Below, one piece after another: positions 34,295 through 37,241 of a stretch of DNA of 37,241 bases (position 1 is the first letter of the stretch; every line of letters begins with the position of its first letter). The notes below the pieces were generated by a model. It ran no database searches and was not told the origin of the DNA. It saw only the letters and a program-made list of their open reading frames with translations. The stretch is taken from positions 1 through 37,241 of the forward strand of contig JBDRQI010000034.1 of the NCBI GenBank assembly GCA_043826355.1, read 5' to 3'. The stretch comes from Candidatus Omnitrophota bacterium (GTDB lineage: Bacteria > Ratteibacteria > UBA8468 > MWAK01). The position numbers and the translations under genes were made by a program.

Positions 34295-35455
34295 TTAGTG
34301 TTGCCGGCAACTCTTCAAAAGAAAACCGATTTCAGTACTGGTTGACAACAAAAATTCTTCTCCCTTTTCCGTCGCCTCCGGAAGACGGCAGGGTCCGGGC
34401 AGAATGGAAAAAAATGCGGTAATGCCGGAAGAATGCAGTTTCAACGCGTCCTGGCTGTAAGAACCGCAAAAAGCAATCAGGGGTATCTTTAGTTTTTGAG
34501 CGGTTTTTCCCAGACCAAACAGGGCTTTGCCAAACTTAACCTGACCGTCAATCCTGCCCTCGCCGGTAACGATCAAATCCGCATCCTTCGCCTTCCCGGA
34601 AAAATTCAGCAGGTCAAGCACCAGGTCAATCCCGCTTTTGATTTCCGCGCCCAGAAATGCGGAAAGACCGGCGCCCAATCCGCCGGCGGCGCCGCCTCCC
34701 GCTAAAAGAGACACCTCTTTTCCTAAATCACGGCGGATGATACGGGCAAAAAAAGCAAGGTTCCTGTCCAGAATTTTTGCCTGTTCCGGTGTCGCGCCCT
34801 TCTGGGGGCCGAAAGTATTGGCGGCGCCGTCCTTGCCGACAAGCGGATTGGTAACATCGGACGCAACCAGTATTTCGGTCTTTTTCACCGCCGGGTTCAA
34901 ACCGGAAAGGTCAATCCTGGACAGTTTTCCCAGACCGCCGCCGCCCTCAGAGATTTCCGCGCCGCTCTTATCCAGAAACCTGACACCCAGCGCCCTGGCC
35001 ATGCCCAGACCGCCGTCAACGGTTGCGCTGCCGCCGACTCCCACGATAACGCGCTCAACACCATTCTTAAGAGCGTCCGCTATCAACTGGCCGGTTCCGT
35101 AAGTTGAGGTCGGGAGAGGATTGCGCTCCGAAGGCTTGAGTAAAGAAAGACCGCTGGCCTGCGCCATTTCAACCACCGCAGTCTTGGGGGCATTATGGGT
35201 TGCCGCACCGTCCGGTAAAATTAAAAACGAGGCGCGGACCGGACGACCCAACGGGTCGGAAACGCCGCACCAAACCTTACGGCCGCCCAGCGCGGAAGAA
35301 AGCACCTCCACCAAGCCTTCCCCGCCGTCGGAAACCGGCAGTAAAAGGTATTTTACGCAAGGTAAAGCCCGGCTTAGACCTTTTTTGATGACCTGGGCAG
35401 CCCGCAGCGAGGTAATACTCTCTTTAAACGAATCCGGCGCAATGACAATCTTCAT
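34295..35455 (-). CDS. glxK: Glycerate kinase (GlxK/GarK family)
   Basis: 'MKIVIAPDSFKES', 'SDGGEG', 'EMAQASGL', 'STYGTG.LI', 'GGSATVDGG.G', 'FGPQKGA', 'GAAGGLG', 'TGEGRID.Q'. Confidence 0.92.
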   Translation of the reverse strand: MKIVIAPDSFKESITSLRAAQVIKKGLSRALPCVKYLLLPVSDGGEGLVEVLSSALGGRKVWCGVSDPLGRPVRASFLILPDGAATHNAPKTAVVEMAQASGLSLLKPSERNPLPTSTYGTGQLIADALKNGVERVIVGVGGSATVDGGLGMARALGVRFLDKSGAEISEGGGGLGKLSRIDLSGLNPAVKKTEILVASDVTNPLVGKDGAANTFGPQKGATPEQAKILDRNLAFFARIIRRDLGKEVSLLAGGGAAGGLGAGLSAFLGAEIKSGIDLVLDLLNFSGKAKDADLIVTGEGRIDGQVKFGKALFGLGKTAQKLKIPLIAFCGSYSQDALKLHSSGITAFFSILPGPCRLPEATEKGEEFLLSTSTEIGFLLKSCRQH

Positions 35456-35456
35456 T

Positions 35457-36959
35457 CTACTTTTCAGAAAGGAGTTTGCCGGCAACCAGCCGGTCGTCAA
35501 AGGGAATGACGGTATCCTTCAAAATCTGGTAGGTTTCGTGGCCCTTGCCGGCGATTAAAACGATGTCCCCTTTTTCCGCTAAAGAGATAATCCGGTGAAT
35601 CGCCTCGGCGCGGTCCGGAATTATCTCGTATCGGCTGCGCCGGGAAGAGAGAATTCCGGCTAAAATGTCACCAATAATGGCGGACGGTTCCTCGTTGCGC
35701 GGGTTGTCAGAGGTAAGGATAAAGTAATCGGCGCCGGCAGAGGCGATCCGGCCCATTTTGGGCCGCTTGCTCTTATCCCGGTCTCCGCCGCAACCGAAAA
35801 CCAGAAGAATACGGCCCGGCTTTTCTTCCGATGCCTTCCGGACCGCGCGCGCAGTCATCAAAAGGTTTTTCAGTCCGATGTCGGTATGGGCGTAATCAAC
35901 CACCACCCGGAAGCCCTGCCCTGTTTCTATCTCTTCAAAACGGCCCGGCACCACTTTTAATTCTTCAATTCCCTGCCGAATGGTCTGGAGAGGCATCCCC
36001 TCACCAACTCCAAAAGCAAGTGCGGCCAATGCGTTATAGGCGTTATGCCGCCCCGGCATTTTTACCTTAATTTCCGTTTCCCCCATCGGCGTCCGGACGC
36101 GGAAAAAAAGACCGTCTTCCTCTAAAACCAGACCAAAACCCCGGACTGTGGCGCCGGGACGAAACCCGTAACTGATAAGCCGGACACCACTGGGAACCGA
36201 ACGGTAAAAATACCGGGCCGCCCGGTCGTCACGATTGATAACCGCCACCCGATTTTCCTTAGCGCTCTCAGCCAGGTAATGCGAAAAAAGACTGGCCTTT
36301 GCAGCCAGGTAGTTGCGAAAGGTTTTGTGGTAATCAAGGTGTTCGTGAGAGGTGGCGTTGGTAAAGAGACAGACGTCAAAAGGAAGACCGCTGACCCGAC
36401 CCTGGGCAAGGCCGTGCGAAGAAACTTCAATAACCGCATAGCGGCATTTAGCTTCTACAATCTGGCTGAAAATTTCCTGGAGTTCCAGCGGTCCCGGCGT
36501 GGTATTGAGAGCCGGCACCTGGCGGTCAGCCACCCGATAGTTAATAGTGCCGATTACGCCGGATTTTTTTCCGGCGGCCGCGATGACGCTTTCAATTAAA
36601 TAGGTGGTGGTAGTCTTACCGTTTGTGCCGGTCACGCCGACTATCCGCAACTTCTGTGCCGGGTAGCGGTAAAAACGTCCGGTCAACTCCGGCAAAACCT
36701 TTTTGGTATTCTCCACAACCACGGTTACCGCCCGGCCGGCTGACTCAAAATCAGTCTGGGTTAAAATTGCCCTGGCCCCGCGCTCCAGCGCTTCCGGAAA
36801 ATAACGATGGCCATCGTCTTTTTCACCAATAATCGCAACGTAAAGATAGCCGGGCCGAACTTTCCGACTGTCAATCGTCAGTCCGGTGATTTCCGGATTT
36901 TCAGAAGGCGGAAGAACTTTCTTTACCGCCAGCCCTTCTAATAGGTCGCGTAGTTTCAT
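35457..36959 (-). CDS. murE: UDP-N-acetylmuramoyl-L-alanyl-D-glutamate--2,6-diaminopimelate ligase
   Basis: 'GVTGTNGKTTT', 'EVSSH', 'HLDYH', 'VPGRFE', 'VDYAHT', 'FGCGGDRD..KR', DNPR (meso-DAP motif), 'AGKGHE.YQ'. Confidence 0.97.
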   Translation of the reverse strand: MKLRDLLEGLAVKKVLPPSENPEITGLTIDSRKVRPGYLYVAIIGEKDDGHRYFPEALERGARAILTQTDFESAGRAVTVVVENTKKVLPELTGRFYRYPAQKLRIVGVTGTNGKTTTTYLIESVIAAAGKKSGVIGTINYRVADRQVPALNTTPGPLELQEIFSQIVEAKCRYAVIEVSSHGLAQGRVSGLPFDVCLFTNATSHEHLDYHKTFRNYLAAKASLFSHYLAESAKENRVAVINRDDRAARYFYRSVPSGVRLISYGFRPGATVRGFGLVLEEDGLFFRVRTPMGETEIKVKMPGRHNAYNALAALAFGVGEGMPLQTIRQGIEELKVVPGRFEEIETGQGFRVVVDYAHTDIGLKNLLMTARAVRKASEEKPGRILLVFGCGGDRDKSKRPKMGRIASAGADYFILTSDNPRNEEPSAIIGDILAGILSSRRSRYEIIPDRAEAIHRIISLAEKGDIVLIAGKGHETYQILKDTVIPFDDRLVAGKLLSEK

Positions 36960-36964
36960 TAATC

Positions 36965-36987
36965 CAGTGCGGCCCTTTCCGGGCCGC
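36965..36987. repeat. REP-like hairpin
   Basis: CAGTGCGGCCCTTTCCGGGCCGC, similar to 25397-25418. Confidence 0.55.
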
Positions 36988-37092
36988 CGAATTTTTGTAG
37001 ACTTTCCATGTCACACCAATCGCGCTGACTTGTGGAGACAACTCTTGGTAATTTAGCGCTATCATTGGTTTTGAAGCAAATGCGGGTATCTT

Positions 37093-37241
37093 TGAAGTTT
37101 CCCCCGGAAACCGGAAACCGGCGGAACCCTGATGGGCATATTTTAACATATATCAGGATAACACGACAGGAGGAGGGGGATGCGAAAAACATACGGGGCC
37201 GGATTCAAGGCAAAACCGGCATTCTCCGGATACGCTGCCGG
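37093..37241 (+). mobile_element. Probable IS3-family left end with a degenerate OrfA start
   Basis: TGAAGTTTCCCCCGGAAACCGGA resembles IS3-family terminal IRs; AGGAGG SD and ATG 37180 give MRKTYGAGFKAK, like HTH_Tnp_1 'MRK.YS.EFKAK'. Confidence 0.45.

Noticed and set aside
36901..37192. Short minus-strand ORFs upstream of murE
   Set aside because: No recognisable motifs; they overlap murE or the probable IS end.
1..37241. CRISPR array, tRNA, rRNA, integron attC array
   Set aside because: Repeats are dispersed, heterogeneous and not regularly spaced; no cas or integrase gene and no cloverleaf seen by eye.

Overview
Bacterial chromosomal window of roughly 55% GC (estimated by eye). The many prepilin-like '[13 protein letters not shown]' proteins and uncharacterised glycoside-hydrolase-like proteins suggest a PVC-related lineage such as Omnitrophota, Ratteibacteria or Lentisphaerae; this is inference. 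Layout: (1) 1-11354, accessory carbohydrate region with a prepilin-like gene start, a DUF4091/GH123-like protein, two GH78 rhamnosidases, a ceramidase-fold protein and a GH116; (2) 11391-16746, sulfur/Fe-S operon rrf2-iscS-iscU-larE-mnmA plus mtnA; (3) 16784-22972, GH-like protein, Xre regulator with an orphan gene, and a Ca-type P-ATPase; (4) 23084-28037, housekeeping run coaD-rpmF-plsX-def-rplY-pth-malic enzyme; (5) 28028-36959, a membrane/HEAT/prepilin operon and a broken dcw cluster murE-glxK-murF-(prepilin-Ig fusion)-mraY; (6) a probable IS3-family relic at the right end. The most striking unexplained structure is a dense set of short palindromic elements. One ~25-30 bp family sits in the loops of GTAG-type REP hairpins, nested up to three levels deep. 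Palindromes of several families also lie in frame inside housekeeping genes (mnmA, P-ATPase, murF, glxK) or supply their C-termini and stop codons. Several genes appear to be transcribed leaderless. No tRNA, rRNA or CRISPR array was seen.
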